Of a stretch of DNA of 64,000 bases, positions 19,250 to 29,262 are shown piece after piece. This DNA is from Verrucomicrobiota bacterium (GTDB lineage: Bacteria; Verrucomicrobiota; Verrucomicrobiia; Limisphaerales; AAA164-E04). The stretch covers positions 4,416,001 through 4,480,000 of the forward strand of contig CP170459.1 in the NCBI GenBank assembly GCA_047947115.1. The letters run 5' to 3'. The notes beneath the pieces were generated by a model. That model worked only from the letters and a program-made list of their open reading frames with translations, ran no database searches and was not told the DNA's origin. A program made the position numbers and the translations under genes. How positions within the stretch are numbered: position 1 is the first letter of the stretch; each line of letters begins with the position of its first letter.

Positions 19250-20614
19250 CTAAGCTGAGAGGAAATTCAAAAACCTGAAGTCATTGGGATTATCCAATTG
19301 CCCGATGGAATATCCCGGCATCAATTGATCCATCATCGTGGCATCATCCCCGAAATGCCGTTGAAAGATCTCACCAAACACAGCGCGAAAATCGGAGCGT
19401 CGAGAAAGGTAGCGGTTTCGTGCGTTAAACATCGCGTTATCTTCCCATGTGCTCGCATCACAATTGTATACACCACCTTTGACACCGCCCCCAGCCACAA
19501 ACATGACGCTCGATTCGGCGTGATCAGTACCTCTGCTGCCGTTTTCCTTCGAGGTCCGGCCAAATTCGGTCATGGTCACCACGATCAAATCTTCCCATTG
19601 GGACTGAAGGTCCCGGTGAAGAGCCTGTAGCCCCTGAGCCAATTCCGTCAACAAATTGGGATGATTTCCAGTCAATTGTCCCTGATTTTGATGTGTATCG
19701 AATCCGCCACGCCGAAGACCGATAATTTTAACCGGAGTCCTTTTCATCAGCATGGCCGCCTCCTGCAATTTATCTCCAAAAGAACCATTTGGATATACAG
19801 CTCCATTTTCGGGAGTGTAACCACCGACCGACAAAGCATCTTGAACGACCATCATTGTCCTTCCCAAAGCCTGACCTGCACCATGAACAAGATTTCTGTA
19901 GGGTTTATTGGGCTGTCCGGGAACAGCACCGTAGAGGCCCATGATCGCCTTTCCATCCGAAGCGGTTGGGCCACTAGGCAGCGTTCCCAAAAATTTATTG
20001 CCCTCGGGAAAAGTAAAATTTCTGGCGCGACTGAAGTTGGGGATCATGTTGGGGCCTTTCAGGGCAACCAACTGGTTGGAGCTTAAACCAGCTGCAACAA
20101 AGGCATTGTCCGGATGGTTCAAATTAAAGTTTGCATTGATGTGACGATAAATCATCCCTTCTTCAGTCTCAGCATCTCCCGGAATACCATTCTGCCAAAA
20201 ATGTTGACTATCAAAGTGAGATCTGGACTGCCCGTCATATCCAATTCGATGAAGCACGGCGAGATTTCCCGCACCCGTTTGACCGTTGAGAGAGGAATGA
20301 TTGTAAATCTCCATCATCGGTTGCAAGGAAGGGTGGAATTGAGCAAATCCATTCCCCGAATCCAGGCATAGATTCTCAGGAATATACAATCTTGGACGAT
20401 TACTCGCATTGTAATCCTGATCCCCTCGAGGAATGATCGTGTTCAAACCATCATTTCCTCCCTGTTGAAAAATGAAAATCATCTTTCGTTCCTTGGGAAG
20501 GGTTGCAGCCTGAAGACGCCGCTGAAACAAGGTGGGAGTCACCATGTTCAATCCAATGGCGGAAAAGGCCAAGGCTTGCTTCTTTAAAAAATCACGTCGG
20601 TTAAAGATTTGCAT
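19250..20614 (-). CDS. DUF1501 family protein (DUF1800-partner type, Tat signal)
   Basis: RRDFLK, GGNDGLN, SRSHF, GGFDTH and TEFGRT..NGSRGTDH. Confidence 0.9.
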   Translation of the reverse strand: MQIFNRRDFLKKQALAFSAIGLNMVTPTLFQRRLQAATLPKERKMIFIFQQGGNDGLNTIIPRGDQDYNASNRPRLYIPENLCLDSGNGFAQFHPSLQPMMEIYNHSSLNGQTGAGNLAVLHRIGYDGQSRSHFDSQHFWQNGIPGDAETEEGMIYRHINANFNLNHPDNAFVAAGLSSNQLVALKGPNMIPNFSRARNFTFPEGNKFLGTLPSGPTASDGKAIMGLYGAVPGQPNKPYRNLVHGAGQALGRTMMVVQDALSVGGYTPENGAVYPNGSFGDKLQEAAMLMKRTPVKIIGLRRGGFDTHQNQGQLTGNHPNLLTELAQGLQALHRDLQSQWEDLIVVTMTEFGRTSKENGSRGTDHAESSVMFVAGGGVKGGVYNCDASTWEDNAMFNARNRYLSRRSDFRAVFGEIFQRHFGDDATMMDQLMPGYSIGQLDNPNDFRFLNFLSA

Positions 20615-20668
20615 GACGATATTTGATGGATGTTAAATGAATTGTCTTATGGTTGATCGGCATTGGCA

Positions 20669-23600
20669 CTATTGATAATGCATTTCAGGCAGCGCCATGA
20701 TAATGCTGATTAACTGCCCCACTCTTTCAAGATAATCACTGCGACTCGGATCAAGCACGCGACGACGTCCCTGATTGTCAGTCAAAGCAAAGTCCTTGAT
20801 TAAATCTTTGGATTGTTCGGGAAGCATTCCGTTGAAAAGCATCTCATCGAAATGGTTGATAATCTCGTCCTCGGTCTCAAGGTTGTTGTCGGTCAAATAA
20901 CGGCGTATGGACCAACGCATCAGTATGTTGTTGTTCGGATACTTGCCCAAACGTGTTGCAAAATTCATACGTTCGAGCATGGACCCTGTATTGATCCAAT
21001 CGAACCCGTATTCCGACCATCCATCCGGGTCATCCCGGGTGAACAAATGCATCCCCATGGCTTCGTTAAAATCTGGAAGTCCTTCCAAATCCACCAGCCA
21101 ATCCACAGCTCGAACCAAGCTGTTGATATATTCGACCGGAGTTTTGATTTTCGATTGGAAGACAGATTGTGTCCAAAAGATGTTGTTTTGATCATCACGA
21201 TCAAAAATGGAGGCCAAAACTGTTCCAATGTGTCCGACCGGTTCGGCATCCTGCCAGGCCTGAATAGCGCGGTCCACCATCCCGATCAAGTGCGAAGGGG
21301 CTGAACCGTCCTTGTAACTGCGAAGCGAGATATCGTCGGACACGAATTTATTGATCAATTTGACGCAGATGAATTCGCGTGTGGAAGGATGATTTGCCAT
21401 CATCCGAATCACATCCAGGGCATCATTCAACCCCTCCAAACCTTGCCGTCCCTCAGGTATCCTAATTTCCCATTCCGTTCCCTCGAACAATATTTTCTCG
21501 CCGTAATCGTGCGCTGCAGGATCGAATCGAAAGGTCCACTCACCATTCGGGTCATCGGTTTCGATAATGGTTGCATTCAGCTCTCTCGAAACCAGTCTGG
21601 GCAATATGGACAGATCACTACTCGTGCGAGACACATTATGAACTTGAATGGAAAGAATATTTTCTTGAGGAAACGGGTTAAAAAAGCGCCCGTAACGAAG
21701 CAGACTAATTTCGTCACTCTGATCAGTGACCTCGTGATTGGAAGAAGCTGTTTCGGTAAATCGTGGAGGATTCCCGGCTTGCTCCATGTTCGAACTCCGT
21801 GCAATCTCTCTCCCATTCAAATAAGCGACATATCCATCGTCGTAACTTATCGACAAGGCCATTTGAGTTGTGTCGGCATTATCAGGCAACACAAACGAGC
21901 GACGGAGATAAACACTGGTATAGTTGTTCCTCATATCACTCAGAACAGTAGCGTCATCACCATCACCATACCCAATCCCGGTGGAACCACTCAACCAGGT
22001 CGAATCATCAAAATCCTCGGTCGTCCACCCGGGTGTCATCGTGGTTTGATATTGAACGGGCTCACTCGTTCCTTTGAAATACTTCCATCCTGCCCCTATA
22101 TCCACAATGGGTTCTTCGACCTCGCTGACACTGGCTGTGGTAGGTGGGTGTGTCGCAGATTCCGGAAAGGAGGGAACCTGTTCCGGACGGACCTTACGAA
22201 TGTGCCATCCGGTAAAACATCGAGCCAATTCTTCGATATCTCTTTGCGTGTATCGATTATCTACCCCGAATGCAAAAAGCTCCAGGATTTCGCGTGCATA
22301 ATTTTCATTAGCCTCCCCAACCCGATTCAACACATTGTCCAGATAAATCAACATCGCAGGACTCGTGGCACTGTAGAGCAGCAAATCTCCAAAAGCGCCA
22401 AACGCGTGTTCATAAAAGAATTGATATTCTTTATATTCGATTTGAGACGCTTCTTGCGCTGCCTGGAAGTAAGGCATGGAATCGCGCCCGAACGAATCCT
22501 CCAGATCATCCATGTAATCAACGGTTTTATCGTAATCGGTCGTGAAGTGATTCTCCCAAAATTCACCCATAACAGCCTGCAACTGGCGTTTACTGTACAT
22601 GCCCCGTGCATGGATGAGTTGCTGAAGAGATTCGATATCATTAATGCGTTGATGTTCCAGTCCGGGCAAATAATGACGATTGATCAGTTCGGGAACAAGA
22701 ATGGCATCTGAACTGGTGTATTCGGTGTTATGCAGCTCGATGGCAAATGTATTCACACCGGCAACCAACAACGATTTATGGTTCGAAAGGTCAAAAACAA
22801 CAAAATCCGGGTCACCTTCTGCGTTTTCAGCCTTGGCGCGGTAGGAGGGACGAATGGTCGTCCCCATGTTGGCACGTGCCACCTCGGTTCCATTCAGATA
22901 GGCGATAAAACCATCATCAAAAATGATCCGCAAAAGCAATCCGTCAATTTCAGCAGGATCTCCAATCTCAAATTGATGCCGAACGAAAAAACTCAGATAT
23001 CCTTCCTGTGCTTCCTCGCCATCTTCAATTCGACGCATGTCGCCAAGGGTTGTGGTGATAAAATCTCTCCTTTCTTGCCCATCATTGGAATAACCAAATC
23101 CCGATCGTGCCACAAACCACCCGGCATCCTGTGTCGTATTGTAATCGGGCTCAATCCACTCATAGGGAGGTGCCACGTTCCCTTTTTTCACATACCAACG
23201 ATCCCCCTTTTCGATCAGTTTGATGTCATTTCCGGGTTTGTATTCATGGAAAAGTGTCCGATGCGCCAAAGCAAGCCCCTCGTGCCCGGAATCATCTATC
23301 TGGCTGGGATGCAACTGTTGATCAATATATGCGTCCAATCCGGCAGTCTGAATCCAACTCCTATCAGAAGGAGTCGGCCCGTATGCCAAACGATTGAGCG
23401 CATGGTTGATGGACTCGGATTGCGTTAGTGAAGCTCCCCCCGGGTTGCTGGCTTCAAAGTGAAAATAGTCGCCACCCATGAAGGATGCTGTTGGCACCTC
23501 CGGTTCAATTCCGGCACTGATTTTGAGAAATGTTGTCTGGCCGGGTTCTGGAATGAAGAACGTTGCGGTGCCAGCATATCCGAATAATCCACCGGAAACC

Positions 23601-23794
23601 AATGGATGATCCAGAGGGGATCGAAGGTCACTCCCCGATTCGATCAATATGTGCCCATACCCATCCGGCACATCGACTTGTAGTCCCAACTGCCCGTTTT
23701 GCAGCTGAAAGGACTGAATCACTGGAGCCTCAGCAGCCTGCAGCGCCTGTCCTAAACAACTCAGCCCCAATAAAAATGCAACCCTCCTCTTCAT
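20669..23794 (-). CDS. DUF1800 family protein with two inserted beta-sandwich domains
   Basis: HALNRLAYG, EFWENHF, PAMLIYLDN, NENYAREILELF, ARCFTGW and KIKTPVEY; inserts carry DDG(F/Y)xAYLNG. Confidence 0.88.
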   Translation of the reverse strand: MKRRVAFLLGLSCLGQALQAAEAPVIQSFQLQNGQLGLQVDVPDGYGHILIESGSDLRSPLDHPLVSGGLFGYAGTATFFIPEPGQTTFLKISAGIEPEVPTASFMGGDYFHFEASNPGGASLTQSESINHALNRLAYGPTPSDRSWIQTAGLDAYIDQQLHPSQIDDSGHEGLALAHRTLFHEYKPGNDIKLIEKGDRWYVKKGNVAPPYEWIEPDYNTTQDAGWFVARSGFGYSNDGQERRDFITTTLGDMRRIEDGEEAQEGYLSFFVRHQFEIGDPAEIDGLLLRIIFDDGFIAYLNGTEVARANMGTTIRPSYRAKAENAEGDPDFVVFDLSNHKSLLVAGVNTFAIELHNTEYTSSDAILVPELINRHYLPGLEHQRINDIESLQQLIHARGMYSKRQLQAVMGEFWENHFTTDYDKTVDYMDDLEDSFGRDSMPYFQAAQEASQIEYKEYQFFYEHAFGAFGDLLLYSATSPAMLIYLDNVLNRVGEANENYAREILELFAFGVDNRYTQRDIEELARCFTGWHIRKVRPEQVPSFPESATHPPTTASVSEVEEPIVDIGAGWKYFKGTSEPVQYQTTMTPGWTTEDFDDSTWLSGSTGIGYGDGDDATVLSDMRNNYTSVYLRRSFVLPDNADTTQMALSISYDDGYVAYLNGREIARSSNMEQAGNPPRFTETASSNHEVTDQSDEISLLRYGRFFNPFPQENILSIQVHNVSRTSSDLSILPRLVSRELNATIIETDDPNGEWTFRFDPAAHDYGEKILFEGTEWEIRIPEGRQGLEGLNDALDVIRMMANHPSTREFICVKLINKFVSDDISLRSYKDGSAPSHLIGMVDRAIQAWQDAEPVGHIGTVLASIFDRDDQNNIFWTQSVFQSKIKTPVEYINSLVRAVDWLVDLEGLPDFNEAMGMHLFTRDDPDGWSEYGFDWINTGSMLERMNFATRLGKYPNNNILMRWSIRRYLTDNNLETEDEIINHFDEMLFNGMLPEQSKDLIKDFALTDNQGRRRVLDPSRSDYLERVGQLISIIMALPEMHYQ

Positions 23795-23925
23795 GTTCCA
23801 AGCTCTCATATGGTAATGATCTCTGGAGTCAAAGACGACCCGCTTCGATTTGAATTTGATTCTCGCGTTTGATAGCACAATTTTGAAAGCTTAATCCGTA
23901 CCGGAATCCAATTAATTTCAAATTC

Positions 23926-23960
23926 TCGACATTTTTCCAGAATTTTCACAACATTCGACC
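23926..23960 (+). promoter_or_regulatory. Putative sigma70 promoter, leaderless
   Basis: TCGACA-17-CAACAT-6-ATG. Confidence 0.55.
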
Positions 23961-25418
23961 ATGTCAAAACCAACACCATTAGTGAACATGCAGGTTCCCT
24001 GGGAAGAGGCCTTGCGCGCTGTCGTCGGCCCCGAAGCATTGCTGACCGACCCCGAAAAACTGATGGTCTACGAGTGTGATGCCCTCACGCTGGAGAAAAA
24101 AATCCCCCAGGCGGTGGTGCTCCCAGCCTCGGTTGAAGAGGTGGCTGAAGTGGTTCGCATTTGCGCCGTGCATAAACTTCCCATCATTCCAAGAGGAGCC
24201 GGCACCAGCCTTAGCGGTGCCGTGCTTGCAGTGGATGGAGGCATCACCATCTGTCTCTCAAGGATGCAAAAGGTACTGGAGGTGGATTTTGAAAATCGAC
24301 GCGCACTGGTTGAAGCAGGCTGTGTCAATGCCTGGATCACCCGGGCTGTTCAGTCGAAAGGACTTTTCTATGCTCCCGATCCCTCCAGTCAATTCGCTTG
24401 TACTTTGGGCGGAAACGTTGCCACCAATTCAGGCGGACCCCACACGTTGAAGTACGGCGTCACCACCAATCACGTGCTCGGATATGAAATGGTATTGCCG
24501 GATGGAGAAATCGTCTGGTTGGGCACCACTCCGGACGGTGGGGAGGATCAAGACGGTCTGGATCTGCGAGGAGCAGGTATTGGCAGTGAGGGCATGTTTG
24601 GCATCGTGACACGCGTATTGGTCAAACTGGTTCCCAAACCTCAGGTTTTTAAAACCTTCCTGGCCGTGTTTGAGACGGTTGAGGATGCCAGCCGAACCGT
24701 CGGTGACATCATCAAGGCGGGCATTGTTCCCGGAGCTTTGGAGATGATGGATCAGCTCATCACCCGGGCCATCGAGGAAGCCTATCATTTTGGATTCCCG
24801 TTGGACGCCGGAGCGCTGCTGATCATCGAATTGGACGGAGCCGAAGCCGGTATGGATGCCCAGGTCCAACAAGTCGAGGCCATTTGCAATCAGAACGAAG
24901 CGCGAGAAATCCGTCTTGCACAATCCGAAGAAGAACGCACCCAGTTGTGGAAGTGCCGCAAACGTGCTTTTGGAGCCATCGGACGTATCAGCCCGAACTA
25001 CCTGACACAGGACGGAGTGGTCCCACGCTCCAAGCTTCCCGCCATCATGGATTTCATCCGGCAAACTTCGGAAAAAGTTGGGCTGCGCATTCCCAATGTC
25101 TTTCATGCGGGCGATGGCAATATTCACCCCCTGATCCTTTTTGATGAACGCGATCCGGACGAGGTCAAGCGTGCCGTTCAGGCGGGCGAAGAGATACTCG
25201 AAAAATGCCTGGAGATGGGTGGCAGCGTTTCAGGAGAACATGGGATCGGGGTTGAAAAAGTCGATTTCATGGCAAAACAATTCACCAAAGCCGACCTTCA
25301 AGCGATGTTGGATGTCCGGCAGGTGTTTGATCCGGAACAACGTTGCAATCCCGACAAAATGTTCCCCACCTCCAAGCGCTGCGCCGACTTCATGATCCGA
25401 AAACAAGCGCCTGCTTGA
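23961..25418 (+). CDS. glcD: FAD-linked oxidase, glycolate oxidase subunit GlcD-like
   Basis: PRGAGTSLSG, YAPDPSS, GSEGMFG, FHAGDGNIHP and GEHGIGVEK. Confidence 0.85.
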   Translation: MSKPTPLVNMQVPWEEALRAVVGPEALLTDPEKLMVYECDALTLEKKIPQAVVLPASVEEVAEVVRICAVHKLPIIPRGAGTSLSGAVLAVDGGITICLSRMQKVLEVDFENRRALVEAGCVNAWITRAVQSKGLFYAPDPSSQFACTLGGNVATNSGGPHTLKYGVTTNHVLGYEMVLPDGEIVWLGTTPDGGEDQDGLDLRGAGIGSEGMFGIVTRVLVKLVPKPQVFKTFLAVFETVEDASRTVGDIIKAGIVPGALEMMDQLITRAIEEAYHFGFPLDAGALLIIELDGAEAGMDAQVQQVEAICNQNEAREIRLAQSEEERTQLWKCRKRAFGAIGRISPNYLTQDGVVPRSKLPAIMDFIRQTSEKVGLRIPNVFHAGDGNIHPLILFDERDPDEVKRAVQAGEEILEKCLEMGGSVSGEHGIGVEKVDFMAKQFTKADLQAMLDVRQVFDPEQRCNPDKMFPTSKRCADFMIRKQAPA

Positions 25419-25489
25419 TATGTGGAGTGGCGATCAGTCAAAAAAAATTCGCAATGCTTTCCTTTTCATGTAGATTATGACGTCTGTTT

Positions 25490-25687
25490 GTGATGAGAAA
25501 CTTGCTTTACAAGGTGTTTGATATGTTTGGACGCGTATTCAGCCGCGATGAAGATCGGCTGACGCGATCGAAACTCGTTGGCATGTACCTCAACAGAACC
25601 AATCACAACAACTCCCTCTCCGTGGAAATGCAACGCACCCGCCAGCGACGCAACGGCAAGTTCTCCTCCAAACGGGAACGGCATTAG
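25490..25687 (+). CDS. Small basic hypothetical protein (about 65 aa)
   Basis: Fills the intergenic gap; a promoter-like TCGCAA..TAGATT lies upstream; no recognisable motif. Confidence 0.4.
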   Translation: MMRNLLYKVFDMFGRVFSRDEDRLTRSKLVGMYLNRTNHNNSLSVEMQRTRQRRNGKFSSKRERH

Positions 25688-25721
25688 TTCCTGGGAGGTT
25701 GGGATCCTTCTCATTGCAGAC

Positions 25722-27155
25722 TCAGAAAACCTCGTGGAGTGGTCCTTCGATATCAGCCGGCAGGTCTTCGGATACCCCCTCAAAACGTTCACTCAATTCC
25801 AAAGCCAACCGCCTTACTTCCGGATCAGGAAAATCCTTGAGTCGTGCAATGGAGATTTTCATGGTATCTGTCAGCTTTTCCAAATACAGCAATGACCTAA
25901 GTGCCCATATTACCTGACCGTCCCTGTTATGGAGCGAGGTTTCCAGAGCGGAGATCAACTGTTCATGGCGCACACCATATTTGGCCAATAGATGCTGCAT
26001 TTGCGGATGTAAATGAGTCTTACCCTGAAAGAGTTCCAACTCCAACCGCTGCTTCAAAACTTGGTTGTCAGGAAATAACTGCAACACCATTTCCAGTTGA
26101 GCAAAACTTTGAAAATTGCATACCTCCGGAAAATTTTTCACCTGATTACGTGCCTTGGTCCACCAGGGAGAGATCTCCCCATCAAGCCTGGCCATCCCTA
26201 TGGCTGCGGATGCTTTCAACAACGGACTCTCTGCCTCTCTCCAAACCAACTCAAACAGTTCAACCTTCTCACTGGCGGGAATCTCCATATCATGCAGTTC
26301 CCTCAAGGAGGCCAAAGGATACATCACCGAGGATTTCATCTGCATATTGGAAATAAAATCACTCAATGCATCTCGAAAAACAGGAAAGAAATCAGAGGAA
26401 TATTGATATAGAAACGAAGCATTGAAGAAATTGTTCACATCTTCTCCCTCTTTGAGCCAACGGGAAGCAATATCATCGGGCAATGTGCAACGGATTCCCC
26501 TTTGTTTCATCAGATAAAACATCAAGCGCAATAACTGGTTTTCATCCTGATCCAGATAAGTCTCCAGCAGCGCATCCAGAGCGACTTGCTTGTCTGGATG
26601 ATGAACGAACCAGACGGTGGCTGCCGCGTTGGAGTCCTTTTCGCGTGCTAACGCAATCGTTCGAAAATATTCGAGAATTCTGGGATGACGCAGCAAATCG
26701 GACTCAAGACCAGCCAACAGTGCAAGAGCGCGTGTCCGGGATTGCTTTTGCAATGTGGGGGCTTGTACAGGAATGAGTTTCCTAAGGTTGCCTGGTAGCT
26801 TATCCAACCATGCAAAGACAGCCGATTCATGAAATTGCGCACACCCCAATAGATACAAAACTCCTTCATCCCCGGAGCGGGCAAACAACTCTTGAAGGTG
26901 GTTCTGATAAAAAATGTTCCCCCCGATCCACTCTTGGTAAGCCAACCCTTCAAACTCTTTGAGAGCCAACTGAGTTTTCCACTCCCCAAGCGATTTTCCT
27001 TTGTAGCGAAAAGGCCGGTGAACCATCAACACCAGGAGTAAGGCAACAAACGCCACCCCCAAAACTGCCAGAATAAAGGAAACAACAGGGTATTTCTGGG
27101 CAAATCGTTTGCTACCGCCAACAAAACGTGAACCAATGGACTCGGAAGGGGTCAT
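25722..27155 (-). CDS. Membrane-anchored alpha-helical/HEAT-like hypothetical protein
   Basis: One N-terminal TM segment followed by YKGKSLGEW; C-terminal DPEVRRLAL HEAT-like motif. Confidence 0.7.
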   Translation of the reverse strand: MTPSESIGSRFVGGSKRFAQKYPVVSFILAVLGVAFVALLLVLMVHRPFRYKGKSLGEWKTQLALKEFEGLAYQEWIGGNIFYQNHLQELFARSGDEGVLYLLGCAQFHESAVFAWLDKLPGNLRKLIPVQAPTLQKQSRTRALALLAGLESDLLRHPRILEYFRTIALAREKDSNAAATVWFVHHPDKQVALDALLETYLDQDENQLLRLMFYLMKQRGIRCTLPDDIASRWLKEGEDVNNFFNASFLYQYSSDFFPVFRDALSDFISNMQMKSSVMYPLASLRELHDMEIPASEKVELFELVWREAESPLLKASAAIGMARLDGEISPWWTKARNQVKNFPEVCNFQSFAQLEMVLQLFPDNQVLKQRLELELFQGKTHLHPQMQHLLAKYGVRHEQLISALETSLHNRDGQVIWALRSLLYLEKLTDTMKISIARLKDFPDPEVRRLALELSERFEGVSEDLPADIEGPLHEVF

Positions 27156-27156
27156 G

Positions 27157-27268
27157 TTAGTTTTTAGCCCTTAGCCTTTAGCCCTTAGCCCTTAGCCCTT
27201 AGCCCCTAGCCCCTAGCCCCTAGCCCCTAGCCCTTAGCCTTTAGCCCTTAGCTTTTAGTCTTTAGCTG
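27157..27268. repeat. Heptamer tandem array, 16 units, consensus TTAGCCC/CTAGCCC
   Basis: Exact 7-nt period read directly from the sequence. Confidence 0.97.
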
Positions 27269-27286
27269 AGACCAAAAAGCCAATTG

Positions 27287-27454
27287 CTAAAACCTAAAAC
27301 CTAAAACCTAAAACCTAAAACCTAAGACCTAACAACTAACAACTAACAACTAACAACTAACAACTAACAACTAACAACTAACAACTAACAACTAACAACT
27401 AACAACTAACAACTAACAGCTAACAGCTAACAGCTAACAGCTAATAGCTAACAG
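27287..27454. repeat. Heptamer tandem array, 24 units: CTAAAAC x5, CTAAGAC, CTAACAA x12, CTAACAG x4, CTAATAG, CTAACAG
   Basis: Exact 7-nt period; the CTAA core is the reverse complement of the left array's TTAG core. Confidence 0.97.
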
Positions 27455-27455
27455 C

Positions 27456-29228
27456 TTACCGCACCGTCTTCAGCTTGGGATTTGGATCCACCTCCAACTG
27501 GAAATTGCGATAACGCACTTCCATTGGACCGCCTGAGTGGACCTGAAAAGCCACGATCCCCTGCAAGGCTCCGTCAGGATCATTCAAATCAACGCATTTG
27601 TTGCCGTTGATGGCTGTCTGAATGTGATGATTGACAGCCAGAATTTCATACTGATTCCACTCACCGTTTTTCACGTGTTGATCACCCTGTTTGTCCCAGA
27701 GAAGGGCGCGCCCCAATTCTTCGTAGAGCTTGCCCCACCAACCTTGACCAGCATCGGCCTGATAACCTTTGACTTCACCGTGTTCGGCACGTTGACTGCG
27801 AAACTGAATGCCGCTGTTTTCGCTGTTGGGAGTCAGTTTCACTTCGAAGATGAGTCGAAAATCCTTGAGGATCATTTCACTTTTCAGGAATTCGTTGTGT
27901 TTCAATCCGGTCTTGGTCTCCCCTACGATTTCCCCATTTTCAACCCGCCAGAGAGACTCTTCCCCATCCCAACCGGTCAAGTCGGTTCCGTTGAAAAACA
28001 AATCCACATTATCGGCGCTCGCCATCAAAGGCGCCTGGGCAGGTTGACGCAGATAGTAAAGCAGGTCGCGGATTTCCTGATCTTCAAACGGCGCCAGCAA
28101 CCCTTCGGGCATCATCGAGAGTTCACTTTGGAAATTGGATTCAATACTGTCCTGTGGAATCAGCACCGTTTCTGTCGCGGTCACTATTTTCAGAGCGTTG
28201 CCGGTTCGCTCCTTGATGATGCCGGTGATGACGCGGCCGTCTTTTGTTTCGATTTCGGAGGAGCGGTAATCATTGGGAATAACGGCATTAGGATCGACGA
28301 TATTCTGCAACACGTAATCCAGGTTGGCGCGGTCAGATCCGGTGATATCAGGCCCGACCTTACCCCCCACGTCAAACAAGGTATGGCATTGCTGACAAGC
28401 GCGCGCAAACACGGCGCGCCCGCGGGTGGCGTCTCCGGGCGTGGAGCCGCCTGCGTAATAAATGCGCTTGAAGCGATCGATCTCAGCTTTCTTGTCCTCT
28501 GTGCTTTCCCGAAAAGATCCCCAAACCACTTCGAGTCTGGCATTGATGACATCGTTTTTCAAGTTGCGCAACTCTCTGACAAGTGCAGCGGACAGATCCC
28601 GCTTGGGCACCTGCCCCTGCTCGACAGCTTCCAGAAGAGGGCCGGCGTATTCGGCTCGGGAGGCCATCACGCTCAGAGCTCTTTGTTTGTCAGTACCGGA
28701 CAGGGTATCATAAACCTCAAGCAAGGCCCCGGGTGTTTCCGGTTGCTGGTAACGAGCCAGAAACCGGATGGCTTCCGAACGCACAGCCTGGTCTTTAAGC
28801 AGACCAAGCAAGGTCTTGGGCAACTGGTCATCCCCGGCCTGAACCAGAGCATTCAATGCATCCAATCGTTCACCGGCAGCACTTCGGGTGTCCACCAGGA
28901 TTTGACGCAAGGAGTTCCAGGCATTCTGACTTCCGAAAGTCAGCGAAAGGGATCTTACCAGGGAGCGCACTTCAGGGTTGCCGCTTTTGCCCAACTTGTT
29001 CTCCACAGCAACCCAACCGGCAGGCATATCCACTTTGGCTCGCCCCTGCATGGCCTGGCTCAAGCCACGCAACACATCCAATTGAAAATCCACCTCCCCG
29101 CTTTGATTCAACACCGTCACGATGGGGGCCAGTGACTCAGGTTGGGCTGCCGAGAGGGAAGACCCAACCGAACCCAGCATGCATGCGGCCGCCACAAAAC
29201 CACTCAAAAATTTCTGCGTCAATTTCAT
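27456..29228 (-). CDS. PVC heme-binding (CxxCH, TIGR02603-like) protein with HEAT region and C-terminal DUF1080 domain
   Basis: GRAVF...CQQCH..GG.VGPDITG, SMMPEGL, FNG.DL.GW, NSGIQFR and QVHSG. Start at MKLTQKF (signal peptide). Confidence 0.87.
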   Translation of the reverse strand: MKLTQKFLSGFVAAACMLGSVGSSLSAAQPESLAPIVTVLNQSGEVDFQLDVLRGLSQAMQGRAKVDMPAGWVAVENKLGKSGNPEVRSLVRSLSLTFGSQNAWNSLRQILVDTRSAAGERLDALNALVQAGDDQLPKTLLGLLKDQAVRSEAIRFLARYQQPETPGALLEVYDTLSGTDKQRALSVMASRAEYAGPLLEAVEQGQVPKRDLSAALVRELRNLKNDVINARLEVVWGSFRESTEDKKAEIDRFKRIYYAGGSTPGDATRGRAVFARACQQCHTLFDVGGKVGPDITGSDRANLDYVLQNIVDPNAVIPNDYRSSEIETKDGRVITGIIKERTGNALKIVTATETVLIPQDSIESNFQSELSMMPEGLLAPFEDQEIRDLLYYLRQPAQAPLMASADNVDLFFNGTDLTGWDGEESLWRVENGEIVGETKTGLKHNEFLKSEMILKDFRLIFEVKLTPNSENSGIQFRSQRAEHGEVKGYQADAGQGWWGKLYEELGRALLWDKQGDQHVKNGEWNQYEILAVNHHIQTAINGNKCVDLNDPDGALQGIVAFQVHSGGPMEVRYRNFQLEVDPNPKLKTVR

Positions 29229-29262
29229 TTTTATAAGGAGTAAGAAGTTTGAAGGTGAATCA

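Noticed and set aside
27157..27454. Heptamer arrays as CRISPR or eukaryotic telomere contamination
   Set aside because: There are no spacers or cas genes. The units do not match TTAGGG/TTTAGGG, and the arrays are embedded between intact bacterial genes.
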